From NCBI GenBank assembly GCA_002633005.1, contig NMRA01000058.1, positions 820,735 to 884,734 of the forward strand: a DNA stretch of 64,000 bases, given 5' to 3'. Made by a program: the position numbers and the translations under genes. Within the stretch, counting starts at the first letter, position 1. Each line of letters starts with the position of its first letter. This DNA is from Phoronis australis (taxonomy: Eukaryota > Animalia > Phoronida). Under the pieces are notes generated by a model that worked only from the letters and a program-made list of their open reading frames with translations, was not told the origin of the DNA and ran no database searches. Below are positions 1-12,100 of the stretch, one piece after another.

Positions 1-156
1 GCCACGTATCTGTTGAGAAGTGTAAAAACTCAGCTCGCATTCGTTAGAAATTCCAGGTCGTATTTTGCGACTTGATATGAGCTGACAAATATCTCAGCTC
101 GCATTTTCAAATTTCAGGTCGCAAATGCGACCTGCAGCTCGTTATGTCGAGCCCTG
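1..156. mobile_element. Right end of a hAT-like non-autonomous element (continues left of window)
   Basis: Ends ...gttatgtcgagccctg (CAGGG-type terminus on the minus strand) with internal repeats ctcagctcgcatt / caggtcg. The other end and the TSD are not visible. Confidence 0.35.
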
Positions 157-579
157 CTAAGAGGTACCTGGAATGTAACCTCAAAGTAATCTTGCACGAG
201 GTACAATGCTAACTAATTAATTTGAATAGTTACTAATAGAAAACAAGGTTTTAAACACTGAGTTGTGTACACAGCAATGTCTTATCCTGGGGGCCATGGC
301 CACACAATGAGTTCACTCATGATTCAAAGTACAAGGCAGACCAGCAACTGAGCCATGGTGTGTCAGTCCCACATTGCGGGGATTGCCAAGTCAATGTTCC
401 TATTATAGCTATTTTTGGCATTCAAGGCCTGGATATAAAGACTCTCTTCTATGGCTAACATTGGATCAGTAGACTTCAAGCTGTGAGACTGACCAATCAC
501 ATCTCACTGTACAACGGGCTTTATTTAGAGCCGAAACATTGAAATGTAAACATTGTAAGTAAGGAGTGAAATAAAGGCA

Positions 580-1272
580 TTGTTGGCCAATTGTGTTGAG
601 GACTGTTCTCTCTTGCCTGTCAAGGAAATGCAGAAAACCCCATGCGGTACATTTGATTATTCCTGTGACACCAAGAACAACCTAATAGTTGTTCGATGGA
701 ACGATAACTCGATAGTTAATGTTGCGTCAAATGCATACGGCATTGAACCCGCAAAGAAAGCAAAACGCTGATCACGTTCAGAAAGTCAGTGGGTGAGAAT
801 CGACCAGCCATTTCTAATATCGCACTACAATCCAACAATGGGTGGTGTTGATAGGTGGGACCAAAACATTGACAAGTACCGTGTGAGCATTTGTTCGAAT
901 AAATGGTGGTGGTGTATCTTTGCGTACTGCTTGGATTTATGCATGAAACAAGCATGCCACCTGTATCGAGCTACACCGAATGCCCAAGAGAAGCCATTAG
1001 ATCTGCTCGACATACGGCAAGAAATTACCCTGGTATATGTTGCAAGGGGACGCCAAAGGAACCAGCAGGTTAGACAGTGATCAGATCACGCCACACCACT
1101 CCCTCGTCAAATTGTCGACGACATTCGTTATGATGGCATGAACCATTTTATAAACACTCGTGAAACCCATCAAAGATGTGCTGTTTGTGGTTTGAAAACT
1201 AAAAGATTCTGTTCCAAGTGTAACATCACCCTGCATGACAGTTGCTTTGAATACTTCAACATTCGTCCATAA
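580..1272 (+). pseudogene. piggyBac transposase pseudogene, C-terminal half
   Basis: One frame with two in-frame TGA (769-771, 1078-1080). Motifs VVRWNDNSIV, YNPTMGGVDRWDQ, KWWWCIF, and the C-terminal Cys-rich domain RCAVCGLKTKRFCSKCNITLHDSCF, then TAA at 1270-1272. Confidence 0.88.
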
Positions 1273-1751
1273 GCTGTGGACAATTGTTGATGCCTGATTT
1301 GTTAAATTCTGTATTTTAATCAAATTGATAGTATGTGGTACAATCCTTTACAATTCATGTAGTTTTGTTTGTCTTTATTCAAGTCTTATTAGAAGAAATA
1401 CTTGGCGAAAAAGTCAAAATTCTTTTCACTTTATACCTTGTGAAAGGTACTTTCACCTGCATGACGTATAACAATGGACACTGTTAAAGGAAAATTTTAT
1501 CACTTACTGTGAAAATAACATCAGTTTTGATCAACAAAAAAGAGTGCTAAACATGTGAAAAGGGTTTTTAATTATGTTATCAGAGCACCCACTTGATCCC
1601 AGTGAGTCATTTGGGACCCGCAATTAAAAATGCCAGTGAAACTAATTAAAATGAAAAAATCTCACCTAACCTCTTATTTATCTTCATAAAGTTGTCATAT
1701 CTATCACATACTTAATTTTTGAACCAAAAGAAAACGTTGGGCATAAATGGG
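580..1751 (+). mobile_element. 5'-truncated piggyBac (PGBD3/MER85-like) DNA transposon relic
   Basis: Carries the transposase C-terminal half and ends ...gcataaatGGG|TTAA (TTAA at 1752-1755), the canonical piggyBac right end. Left end not found. Confidence 0.85.
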
Positions 1752-1791
1752 TTAATGCCTCACAAGCGACCTCTGTAACTATTTCTGGGCA

Positions 1792-1884
1792 CTACACCTC
1801 CTTTCCTGTAATTGGCCTGGCAGTCTGTTCCTTTTTCTCTGTAAGTGCTCGTGAACCATGTGTGAACACTGCAAAATCTACACC
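1792..1884 (-). CDS. C7orf25: UPF0415 protein C7orf25 homolog, coding exon 6 (last)
   Basis: Acceptor tatttacag|G. Translates GVDFAVFTHGSRALTEKKEQTARPITGKEV*, matching the recalled human C-terminus GVKFSVFIHQPRALTESKE. Phase 0. Confidence 0.9.
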   Translation of the reverse strand, partial: GVDFAVFTHGSRALTEKKEQTARPITGKEV

Positions 1885-2519
1885 CTGTAAATAAATAACA
1901 TATCATAAGGCTGTATCACACGTACTAAGAGCTACAGACACAGAGATTCTTTAGTGATGGAAGACTTTCACATGGTGCAGGGAACCAGGGACCAAATGAA
2001 ACTTCCTAGTACATTTGTATGTCACGTGGTCCATTGTTACGATTCTTACAATATATTCACTTAAGCACCTGTAAGCTCATGTTCTGCCACAAAAACATAA
2101 CTTAATGAAATTAGTATAAAGTCGTTCCTTAGTCAAATTAAGAGATGCGTTATGAGTTTGACACCAGGCTCAACAGCTTGGCGTGTCACACTTCGCTTTA
2201 TGTTGAGTGGATGATCCCAAGCAATAGCTACCATTTCTTTGGAGCATAAAAACCGCATTCTATCCTAGTTGCAAACATTTAGCTGACACTAGTTTTACTG
2301 CGGTAAATGATGAAAAGTTAGTCTCAGACAGAATGCAGGCTTGTTCCAGCTGTAAATCGTCTGTTAACATGCAATTACGAATTCTCATGCAGATAACCAG
2401 TATTCACCAAGTAGTCATTACAATGTTTAGATAAGTTTGCCTATAGATCTAATTCACGCCAACAGGAGGCGCGTTCCAAAACGAGGTTCACTACGATAGC
2501 TTTGTTGGCTTATTGGCAT

Positions 2520-2640
2520 AGCTTTATTCAGCCGCGTTGCTCGAACGACTAGAAAAAATATGGAAACTCAACTGTCTGTTTTACAATCCCTAAGGACGTT
2601 GAGATTCGGAAGCGTTGGGTCGTTGCCATGCGAAGGAAAA
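2520..2640 (+). pseudogene. THAP zinc-finger relic (TE-derived)
   Basis: Reads SFIQPRCSND*KKYGNSTVCFTIPKDVEIRKRWVVAMRRK, the THAP pattern CxN...FxxPKDxxxRxxWxxAxRR, with one stop. Confidence 0.55.
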
Positions 2641-2762
2641 TATGTCCGTGTAAAATTCATGTTTTCAAAAAGTTGGATCATATTTTGTAGCATCTCGGTT
2701 GCCGAGCATCATGGCGATGACTGGACTATCTTCGGCCAGCCAGGCTGTGTTTTCACGACTAC

Positions 2763-2932
2763 GGGTTCATGTTTTTAGGTGCCCCACTCCCATTTTCTGG
2801 TGTGGCGGTCCCATTTGATCCCGTAGGTCCTGTTTTGTGGCTTGTCGGTCTGATTGGGAGGACCTGGTGGTCTTGTTTTGAGTTCAGCAGTCATGTTTTG
2901 AGTCCGGTGGTCATTATTGTTTCTCACCCACG
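2763..2932. mobile_element. Degenerate solo TIR related to the CAC..GTG element at 24456-25915
   Basis: Aligns by eye with 25790-25915 (cccattttctggtg.g.cggtcccatttgatccc...ttgtttctcaccc). Confidence 0.65.
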
Positions 2933-4679
2933 GTGGGGTTGAAACGTCAGTGATGCATTTTTCTTTCCAAAAAGCCGGGACAGGCCCCTCAATCCCTCAA
3001 TGCTACTTGATACCTAGTTGAGACAGAGCCTATGAGAGCTTGCAGCAGGGCAGGGGTGCTATTGATGGTGATCGGGAGGTAGACTTTTCCCCTCACTCGG
3101 CGAAAAAAAGTCTCCTCTCAGAATGCACAGGCGCCTTTCCAGCCCTAGAATGAACGAGACCCCTGAAGAAAGATGATAACTATGCTTGCACTGTCCAGTT
3201 TATTGAAATTGAACTCTAAAATGAGGTTATGCTTTGGACGAACGAATTGGATGTTTTAATTTTAAAATTCCACTTGGTCCAGATTGATATTTGAAACCTA
3301 ACAAATGAAATAGACATAAGAATTATTAAAAAACCAAGAAAGCAGAATTGATGGTCAAATAATTTTTATTTTCAATTACGAGCCTGGTTTTTATTTTGAT
3401 AAAAATATATTTAATAACATCAATTATTCTTTCAGATCAATGACAAATCAACTGTTAGTCCCGGTATAGTCCCTACCTCACCAGGACCTAGGCTATGCTT
3501 TGTGTTAGTATTCTTGATCAACAAATTAAACCAGATGTGACTAATTGCACATGACAGCAAAATGCGATGAGCCACCACTGCCGAATTTTTCTTCAACTCG
3601 TCAAAAATACAAGTAGATGACCTGATTCGTGTAGAAAGCATTTTTATCAACAATTCACAAGAAGAAATGTAACCCTGCATTCAGCAGCAATACGATTGCC
3701 ACAATTTGGTCATATTTACTTTTCATGTTTCGAACCTAGTTTTCTGAAAAAAAACTTTTCATCAGACAACTCTTTGGTGCATTGACATGTTCTCTAATGT
3801 ATTTTTCTATGTCTCTGTGGTTAATTATCGATACACTTTTAAGATTTAATATCCAGGTTGGATTCAAAAGACCGGCCATTTAACTCATGCTATGTCAATG
3901 TCCGCTTTGTTTACCGCAGTGAGCCTCGCTTTGGATTTTAATGTCCGCCGCGTTAATTAGGACTATGCGCCAACAGCCTCAACGCACTATATATACCACC
4001 AGGTGGCACAAGAAGTCTTTTACCCTTCATGATCAATCACCCCCGATTCCATTTAAGCGTCAACTGTGTAACAAAATGTATCGGGATTGTTTCAATGATG
4101 AATGCTGCGAAACGGCAAAATTGTGTACAGATCAAATTGATGTGAATTAACAATTATTAACAACAGTGCACCCCTGGAGACATTTAATCAAAGGTCGCGC
4201 ACACGCTCAGATTGCTGTAACTTGAACTTCACTGACACACAGTTCATTGAACGTGGTTTACGAGGATGATTGTTATATATCAATAAGAAAAATGTTCACA
4301 TTCACACGAGAAGCAGAGTTTTGGGCTTAAAGAAAATGCAGCATTGCATTCCCAGTAACTTGCCTACAACCGTCTTGGCCATGACCAGGTTTTACGACCT
4401 CTGATAAAAAAGAGGAAATTAGATTTATTTAACTCAACTTAATCCTGCTCATGCAAAAATGACCCAGCATTCCTTGCTGTGACAGCCGAGTGCATGCACA
4501 GACCACGGTCGGAAGAGCCGGAATGACAAGTCATTACGCGTCACAACCCATCAAGAAAGGCAAATCAAAAGTTTGACGGATTACTTTTGGCATGTAATAC
4601 AGATTCAAGTTACATCGATTTTAAGAAACCAAATTTTGGGTACTGAGAAGAGTGAATCAATTTGTCGAGTTACAATTAC

Positions 4680-4760
4680 CTGTCCTTGGGCGGCTCTATG
4701 AAATCCAGCATTAGCGGTAAGCGTGACAGCCTGGATTAAGTCACCAAAGCCAAATACAAC
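4680..4760 (-). CDS. C7orf25: C7orf25 homolog, coding exon 5
   Basis: ttcttgcag|...|gtaatt, 81 nt. VVFGFGDLIQAVTLTANAGFHRAAQGQ vs human [27 protein letters not shown]. Confidence 0.92.
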
Positions 4761-5179
4761 CTGCAAGAAAACTGGTGAGAGTGAGGGCAGAGATAAATGG
4801 TGGTTGAAGGACTACTAACACAAAACAGGCGCTTTCTGCTATTGTACGACACTGCAAACATTGCAAAACAACTTTTCAGAGATCGAATTCAACAATTTTA
4901 TGAAATAATTATAGACATCACTTTGGAACTAATGCATGAAATACTCAGTAAAAAATGTTGGATTATTGATTTTTGTATTATATGTGTCTTCCCAAAATGG
5001 CTTTTTAAAATGAATTTATCTTGACTCTAGGTAACACATTTAGATGGGTTGCTACTTAACTACAGGCTGCTGCACAATTAGTTCTATGCTTAACTCAAGA
5101 GGTAAACCAGCCTGTTCATTTGGCCAAACAAAGCCTATTGTGGTGAACATTTCACGCGTGAAAATCCTTTCACAACGTA

Positions 5180-6385
5180 AACGAGAGCACTCAGAAGAGC
5201 GACACTAGGCGGAATTAATCGAAAAGACGACGATGGGGAGGACGACGACAATTATGACGACCAAGGTGGCAATTATGAATAACATAACATTCATTTGAGT
5301 AGCGAAAAAATCAAATAGAGAGCATACAATCAACTACAATAAAGAACAATAGATGGCACAATATGACAGACCAGCCATGCTTTGTTCCCACATTCCAAAA
5401 TAGGTGGCGCTATGTGACAGTCTGCAGAGCAAAGTTATGTTTACAATAAGTATTTGGCCTGGAATTCCAGTCTACAATAGGACAGTGCTGGCTGGGTCAG
5501 TCGGGGTCAACTAGGCATAGCCAAAACAAAGTGAACTGAAAGCCAGCCAGCTGCGTGCTTGCATAGGTGACCAAAGGAACAACGGTATCCGAAAATCTCG
5601 AATAATTCAAAAAGTAGACATCGTAGCGCAAAATGGAAAAAATATTCTGGAAGCAAGTTCAGGCAAAAATCCAAAAAATTTTCAAAAAAATTGAAAATTT
5701 GCCAGTTTTTTTGAAATTCAAAGTCAAATAACTCGAAAACGGTAAGTCTGAGAAATACGCTCTCGCAGACTTTTTGAAAGGCCATACTTAAAGGAATCCA
5801 CATGCAAAAAGTCACGTCATTTGCTCTTCCCGTTAAAAATGCGACAGCAGAACGATTGAAACCGTGTGAACATGCGCCACAGCCACCATCTTGAAAATGA
5901 CTTCCGGTTCAATAAACTTTTATAAAAGCTTATTAAACTCAACAAACACGTGACCAGTTTGAAAGTGATTGGTTTGCAAATGCGCCCTCTACAAGAGAAA
6001 ACGTTTTTGGCCATATTTCGGGGTGCGCATGCGCCACTTCCAATATTTCCGCCATCTTTGACCAGAAGTCAACAATTTTCTGCACACTTGTAGCACATGC
6101 GTTCTAGTATAATCGTACTGATTTTCAGCCATGTACGTCGCAAAATGCGGCCTCTACAAGCATTTGACTGTGAAATCGGATACAAAATGGCCGCCACGTC
6201 CGCCATTTTGTATACGATCATGACCAAAAACAATAGGCTTCCAGGACTTTTCGATCTACACGTCTTGTGCAAATTTCACGCGGATCGGACGAAAATTGCG
6301 GCCTGTAGAGTGCGAACAAAAAAAAACAAACTTGATGGCAGAGCAACATACTTGGCGGAATTTCCAGAATTCCGCAGATGTAATA
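5180..6385. mobile_element. Helentron/Helitron2-like non-autonomous repeat, copy 1
   Basis: Homologous to 34555-35810. Has the subterminal motif ct(a/t)ggcggaa near both ends, a terminal hairpin gcggaatt-tccag-aattccgc (6355-6375) and a GAC-rich simple tract. Superfamily is inferred. Confidence 0.55.
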
Positions 6386-6455
6386 AACTTTTAACTTAAT
6401 TCTGCTGTTTACTAGGTACAATACGATATGGAAAAGAACAACTTCCAAATTCAAC

Positions 6456-6640
6456 CTTTGACCTGGCCTTGACCTTTCCACTCATATCTAGTTTCTCAGC
6501 CATCTTGGATATACCATCATCCATTACAGTGACAAAACTGAGAAGCTGCCTTGCTCTCTTAATCTCATGTACGCCTCCAATTGTGTTCATTATTTTGATG
6601 AAATCACCAACTGCAGTTTGGCAAGCAAACATAATTTTAC
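6456..6640 (-). CDS. C7orf25: C7orf25 homolog, coding exon 4
   Basis: gctgcag|GT AAA..., 185 nt, phase 1 to 0. KIMFACQTAVGDFIKIMNTIGGVHEIKRA...SGKVKARSK vs human [29 protein letters not shown]...SSKINSRSL. Confidence 0.92.
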
Positions 6641-6763
6641 CTGCAGCGAAACAAGTGTTATTAATCAAAATCCTAATAAGGCTAACTTTGATGGTTGTTG
6701 GTGTAAAAATCAGTACAATTGTGACCATGATGTGATAAAACTTTTCTCAACTTACTCAACAAC

Positions 6764-7015
6764 CCGGGCTTGGAATGACCAATGACGAAAAAGGGGAAAA
6801 TTTTGTAAGCGAAGTATCGTTCCACAAATAAGTAGGCTTGTGCGATACAAAATCTTTTGCCTTGTAGAGTGAATTTAAGTGTAATATATACTTTTGCACG
6901 AATAAAGTCAAAGTAATTATAAAGAGACACAAAAAAGAAAACTGGAAATCAATTAAGAGGAAATTGAAACCAAAAAAGAAAACGTCCTCTTAAAAGAGAA
7001 AAATTCCAAGCCCAG
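6764..7015. mobile_element. Small hAT-like MITE (GGGCTTGGAAT...ATTCCAAGCCC), copy 1
   Basis: 11-bp terminal inverted repeat. Second copy at 36136-36307. Flanked by aacaac on both sides. Confidence 0.6.
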
Positions 7016-7212
7016 AACAACTTGTGAGCTTAGGAGACACACGACTTTTGCTGATAACAGAATGTTGACATTTTCTGCTTTACTGACACACACTTTGCTT
7101 TCGTTGCATAAGACGGCAGCCTATGAATTCCAGCCTAATGAGTTCAGTTTTCAAATTGTCAGTCTTTCCAAGTCCATGAAATCAATAATGAGACTCATTT
7201 TACAGCAGTAAG

Positions 7213-7325
7213 TGGGCAACAATCTGATATAACGTGCCGTATTTTGAGAACCAGTTTGATGCTCGTTATTCAATGGAGAAAACTGGTTCTTAAAAAGCAG
7301 GCATGTTATATCCGACTAGTGTTCT
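7213..7325. repeat. Short hairpin MITE family (also 52446-52568 and ~61930-61997)
   Basis: Imperfect palindrome gatataac...gagaaccagttt / aaactggttct...gttatatc shared with the two other loci. Confidence 0.5.
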
Positions 7326-7497
7326 AAATTCAAAACTCAGCATTTTGCCATCAAACATTGAGCAATGGAGCTTTAAAGGTGCTAAGTCACAATAAGTCAA
7401 AACAAGCTAATCTAAATTGATAGACTGGCTTGCACCTCATCAAATAATCCTAGATCAACCTCTACTCTCCATACTCTCAAAACCATCATACTCTCAC

Positions 7498-8157
7498 CTT
7501 CAATAAATGACAGTATACTGGGCATGACAGGAGTCTCCCTCTCCCAGGCTGCTTGCTCAGTCAGTATGGCATCACTAAACAAGTAGTGACACCTACCATG
7601 TGTGAGTGACGACACCATGGCAATCATTGAGCTAATGTCTAAGTTCACTTTACTGTCTATTGGCATTGAAAGCACTTTGGCTAAGCAGCTACCACTCAAG
7701 TCCGAAACAAATTTCAAATCTTCCCGACTCAGGGCAATTTCGTGAGACTTCTCACAAGTTGTAACTTCCGGAATAAACAGCAAAGTACTTGGTCTTAAAA
7801 CACGGCCAATGGGTTCCCAAGAACCAGAAAAATCTCCACCACTTTCTGTAGTGGAATCGTGGCAGTTTTCTGACTTTCCATGACTTGTCAGCATCACACA
7901 ATGGCTACAATCTCCAAGACAACACAATGACTTGTCGTGGTCCCTATCCTTCACCATATCAACATGAGCTAACTGTACTCTGTCCCCAACCACTTTTATG
8001 CCTTCGCTTTCCAAAGCTTCAGCCATAGCACAAGTGATTCCCTTGTAGAAGTGAAACTCGACTGATGGCACTGCGAATTGAAAACGATGCGCAGCAGCAC
8101 ATAGCAGGTAATCGGATGCCTGATCAAGAAGATTTCGCTGGCCGTAATGGGCTTCAC
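7498..8157 (-). CDS. C7orf25: C7orf25 homolog, coding exon 3
   Basis: ttttcag|...G|gtgag, 660 nt, phase 1 to 1. GEAHYGQRNLLDQASDYL, FHFYKGIT, and KVNLDISSMIAMVSSLTHGRCHYLFSDAILTEQAAWERETPVMP match C7orf25 (DUF1308) motifs. Confidence 0.94.
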
Positions 8158-8900
8158 CTGAAAATATAAAATATATATAAATTCAAGCATACAGCAGAAA
8201 CGTATTTTTGTGCTTTGTATCAAGAAAGACAATAGCTGCCCACGGAGTAGCATGGAGTCTTATTTTACAGGTGAGAAGTCACATAACACACTAAAAATCG
8301 CAGCAAACTACAATACTAAACATACTACACATGATGCTATTTTTACCTGTATGTAGGTTTGCCATGATTTCAAAACTCACTTGAACAATAAAAGGTTTGA
8401 ATTTTAATGCACACTTGTATTGTATTGGTATTGCTCTGTAATATGACCTTAGCAATGACAAGACAAAAGTTCCTCAGAAAGTTCTGTCATTTGAACAAGT
8501 TATGAAAGTTCCACCTTTTTCATTTTCTGTGACACTTTTAGATACTAAAGTCAGAGAACGTCCCAAGGTAGGTAATTATGTTTAATTTGTCAATGTTTTA
8601 AGTCTTTAAATCTCCAGTGATTACGGAGCACACACTTTTGCAAAGAATACATCACCTAAAACCACTGCAGCTAACACAGCCGATAGTTGCCCTAGTCAAA
8701 ACAGATTTCCCAACTTCCAAACTAGCCCAAATGATGGCATGGCATAGCATGAGAAAACCTTCATTCCGTAAATCCAGCCAAAGAAGCTAGAGCCATCATC
8801 AGTTGACAGTCACCTTTAGGTGACGCCACGTTGGAGTGTAAAATGTACCCTTGCACCAAAATCTCAGCACGCGTCAGTTCCCAAGTCAGTACAGACTTAC

Positions 8901-9129
8901 CACTCCATATCAGGTGTAGAGCCTGAGCTTTGCGTGCAACAATCTTCTTCCAGGTGGCGCCACCATCGCAAACAACATCAAGTACGACAGACACTTTGCC
9001 ACATTGGACTGGTTTCAAAATGGCCGTCATTCCAGCAGAGGTCTCTGCCTGTTCTATGATGCCCTCTATGTGAACCAGGTTGGAAGAGTTCAATTGGTGA
9101 CCATCCAGTGATGATGGTTTCTTTTGCAA
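8901..9129 (-). CDS. C7orf25: C7orf25 homolog, coding exon 2
   Basis: cttttccag|...G|gtaagt, 229 nt. QLNSSNLVHIEGII...VLDVVCDGGATWKKIVARKAQALHLIWSG vs human HLQSTNLTHLRAIV...[29 protein letters not shown]. Confidence 0.94.
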
Positions 9130-12100
9130 CTGGAAAAGCAGAGTTATCTTAACAACAGCATTGGATAGACTGAAATTTAATGGTAATGCTTCAAGTGGGA
9201 TCAACTGCTTTTTCTGCTCTCTAGCATTAGGCACACATAAGGCTGCATTATGGTACATGATATTGATACTGCATAAAAAACTGTTTGGTGAAATATCAAT
9301 TGCATAATGCAAACATTGCAAACATTTAGTTGCAAATATTCGATAAAGGGCTTAACAGACATACGGTAATACTCAAGAATACTTGAGAGGGGGTATTGTT
9401 AATTACTGTGTACTGTGAAGTATCGATGTAGTGAAACTTCCCGCAGGACTAGAAATGAACAGAGAAAACTCGCCATCAGTTGAATGAAAGAGATTTTTTC
9501 AGAAGATCCCATGTCCCTTGATTCACGCTCCAAACCCAGATTGTGAAACGGGGACGCCATCTAGACTAGGCTGAAGTGAAATGCGTCAGAAGTTAATTAT
9601 TCCAAAACTAACTCGTTGTACTTTTTTCGAACACACAATATCATAACAAATATCATCACAGTATCGCATCATTTCGTCAAATTTCCATATTGGATCATAT
9701 CGTTTCGTTCTTAATGGTATGCAGCCTAACGCAAAATTAATTGCCTGATGCAAAATTAATTTCATTTCCAAATAAAAGCTCAGAATTCGCCCGGAAGTAA
9801 TATAAAGAACCTAAAATCATCTACAAACAGCTATATTATAAATTCAATTCAAATTCCCATAGACTGTGACCAGTCAAAGAGAAGACCTGTCATGGTTTCA
9901 AATTGCAAAATTTGAAGTCTTTTCAAAAAGAGAGCATTGCCAGTTTTGTTTGACTTCAAGCACCTACCTCCTAATTTAGTTATCTTTTCATTCATTTACA
10001 ATCATTTTTCCTCTCAGCAAAATGATTCCAATCATTTTTTCCACTTAGAAAAATATTTTCGAGTTTAAGTTGTCTACTACCTTCCTTTTTATTTTCCAAG
10101 TTCCATCACAAACCACGAGTTTTAGCCCATGCCAGGCAAATTAAACTAATAGATATATCGCTGTCGCCAGCTCTGTGTTATCATTTGAGCCACATGCAGA
10201 GAGCACCATACTAACATGATAGAAAAATCAATACTCGCTATCACAACTATCAGTGTTAAGTGGCAAGTTCAATCATGGTGGTCTGAGGTTCAATCAGACC
10301 AATCGAACTCAGCTATCGAATGAGTTCACTAGCCGTTAAACTGTGTACATCACACACTGTTGTACAGGGTATAACAGACGCAATCTGACGAAGTACTGAT
10401 CGTCCATCATGACAGCTAATTCTGCCCACAGCAAAAATGACTGGTAATGACTATCACAGAACCGCTTACCCACTATACTAAATTTCCTATCAATTCCTCA
10501 TTCGGTTATGAGAGAAGACTACTGCGACAAGAAATTTAACTTCTACCCAGCTGTCGTGACCGGGAATTCCAGGTCATTTTGTCTGAATGCTGACAACAAA
10601 TCCACCTCAAACATAAAGTCCAGCACAACAAATACTGTAGCATCATTAGATGCAGGCGAAAGTGATTAGTTTCTCGAGCATGGGTATTGTTTCGCGTACC
10701 CATTATCCTCATGTTCAGTAATTGGTCTGAATTTTGAATGTGCGTTGGATAGCATTCATAATATGGATGTGAAATTTCATTAATATTTTTACAAAAGAAA
10801 AGAAGCATTGAATAAAATATAAACATTTTTAAGTTATATGCAGAAATATAAATATATAAATCATAAACCACGTGGCACACATTTCCGAGTCTGGTCAGAT
10901 GGCGTGCTGACCTGACCTAGAAATGTATGCGATAATATACAGTAACTACACATAACATCAGACACCGTTTTGAGAAATTGTTGGGTAGTTACAAGGTTAG
11001 AAAATGAAAACATGCAAATTTTGGTTGGACCACTATGGTCCAAAATTGGAGCTTTTATGACAAATCACTTGGTTAATGTTGTGTCAAACTGCTGTTATAT
11101 GTTCATCCAACTCAGCTACACAACAAGCACATGACAGGCACACCCCTACAGAAGTAGAAATGGACTTGTCCACTATATGCAGAACACTTGAAAAAAAACA
11201 ATAGAAACAGTTTGTATACAGTTTGCCTTACAGCAAGGTGGAAAAAGAGCTAAACAAGATAGATGGTAAGTAATTACAACAGAGCGCTGGTTCTATATCA
11301 ACACCGTGAGTGTATTTGGAGCACAATGCCAATCAACAGACAACAGATATTACGATATTTTTGTTCAAAAAGTTCTGTTACATACAAGGCAAAAACTTGT
11401 CATCCAAAGTTTAATTGGATTTTTTCTTAGTACAACGCACAGTTCAACAATTTGAAGGATTGGTTTTGCAGTATTAAAATTTTCTGCAAGGAGGTGTCTC
11501 ATCAGCTAAATCAATTATCTTTAGCTAAACAAGTGCAGGAAGGTCTGATGTTTTCAGGCAAATCTGGCGATACAACAGAAAGCAACGTGCATTAGAAAAT
11601 TTAGAACAACGGTAGAGAGCATTATGCAAGGAAAGTTGCGAGATTACGCAAGTGAAAGGCAAACCTCGTAGGTGTTTTGCGAGTAAGTTTCTGACCTTAC
11701 AATAGCAAAATGGCCATCACTAAAGTGATTGGACGGAGATGCCAGAATCATGAAAAAAGTACATAAAACCACTATTTCTGTTCCATAAATCAAAGATTTC
11801 CTGTTAGAGGTGTATTGAAAGTGCAGCTCTGGTTCTGCATTGTGTGTTGGTGACATTGGTTCTCACCTCATGCATTCTTCGCTACTGAGTTCAGTGCAAG
11901 ACCAGTGTTTGACTTAAAATATCAATACCACTAAATGACTTACCCAGCATTTTATCAGGCGAACAGACAGACAAACAGACAGACGGTTGCATTCATTTGC
12001 GAATTAAGTACGCCACAATCATAATATTGATATAAGCTCCTCTGTTAAGAATAATACAGCCCTAAAAAACATGAGCGGTCGTTCTTAAGAGGTGCTCCTT

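Noticed and set aside
8761-9321. 186-aa and 219-aa (7412-8071) ORFs as stand-alone genes
   Set aside because: Both are C7orf25 exons with read-through into intron. Splice sites delimit the homologous part.
10500-10580. PGIPGHDSWVEVKFL as C7orf25 first exon
   Set aside because: Upstream stop, wrong motif spacing and no suitable donor. 47426-47608 fits far better.
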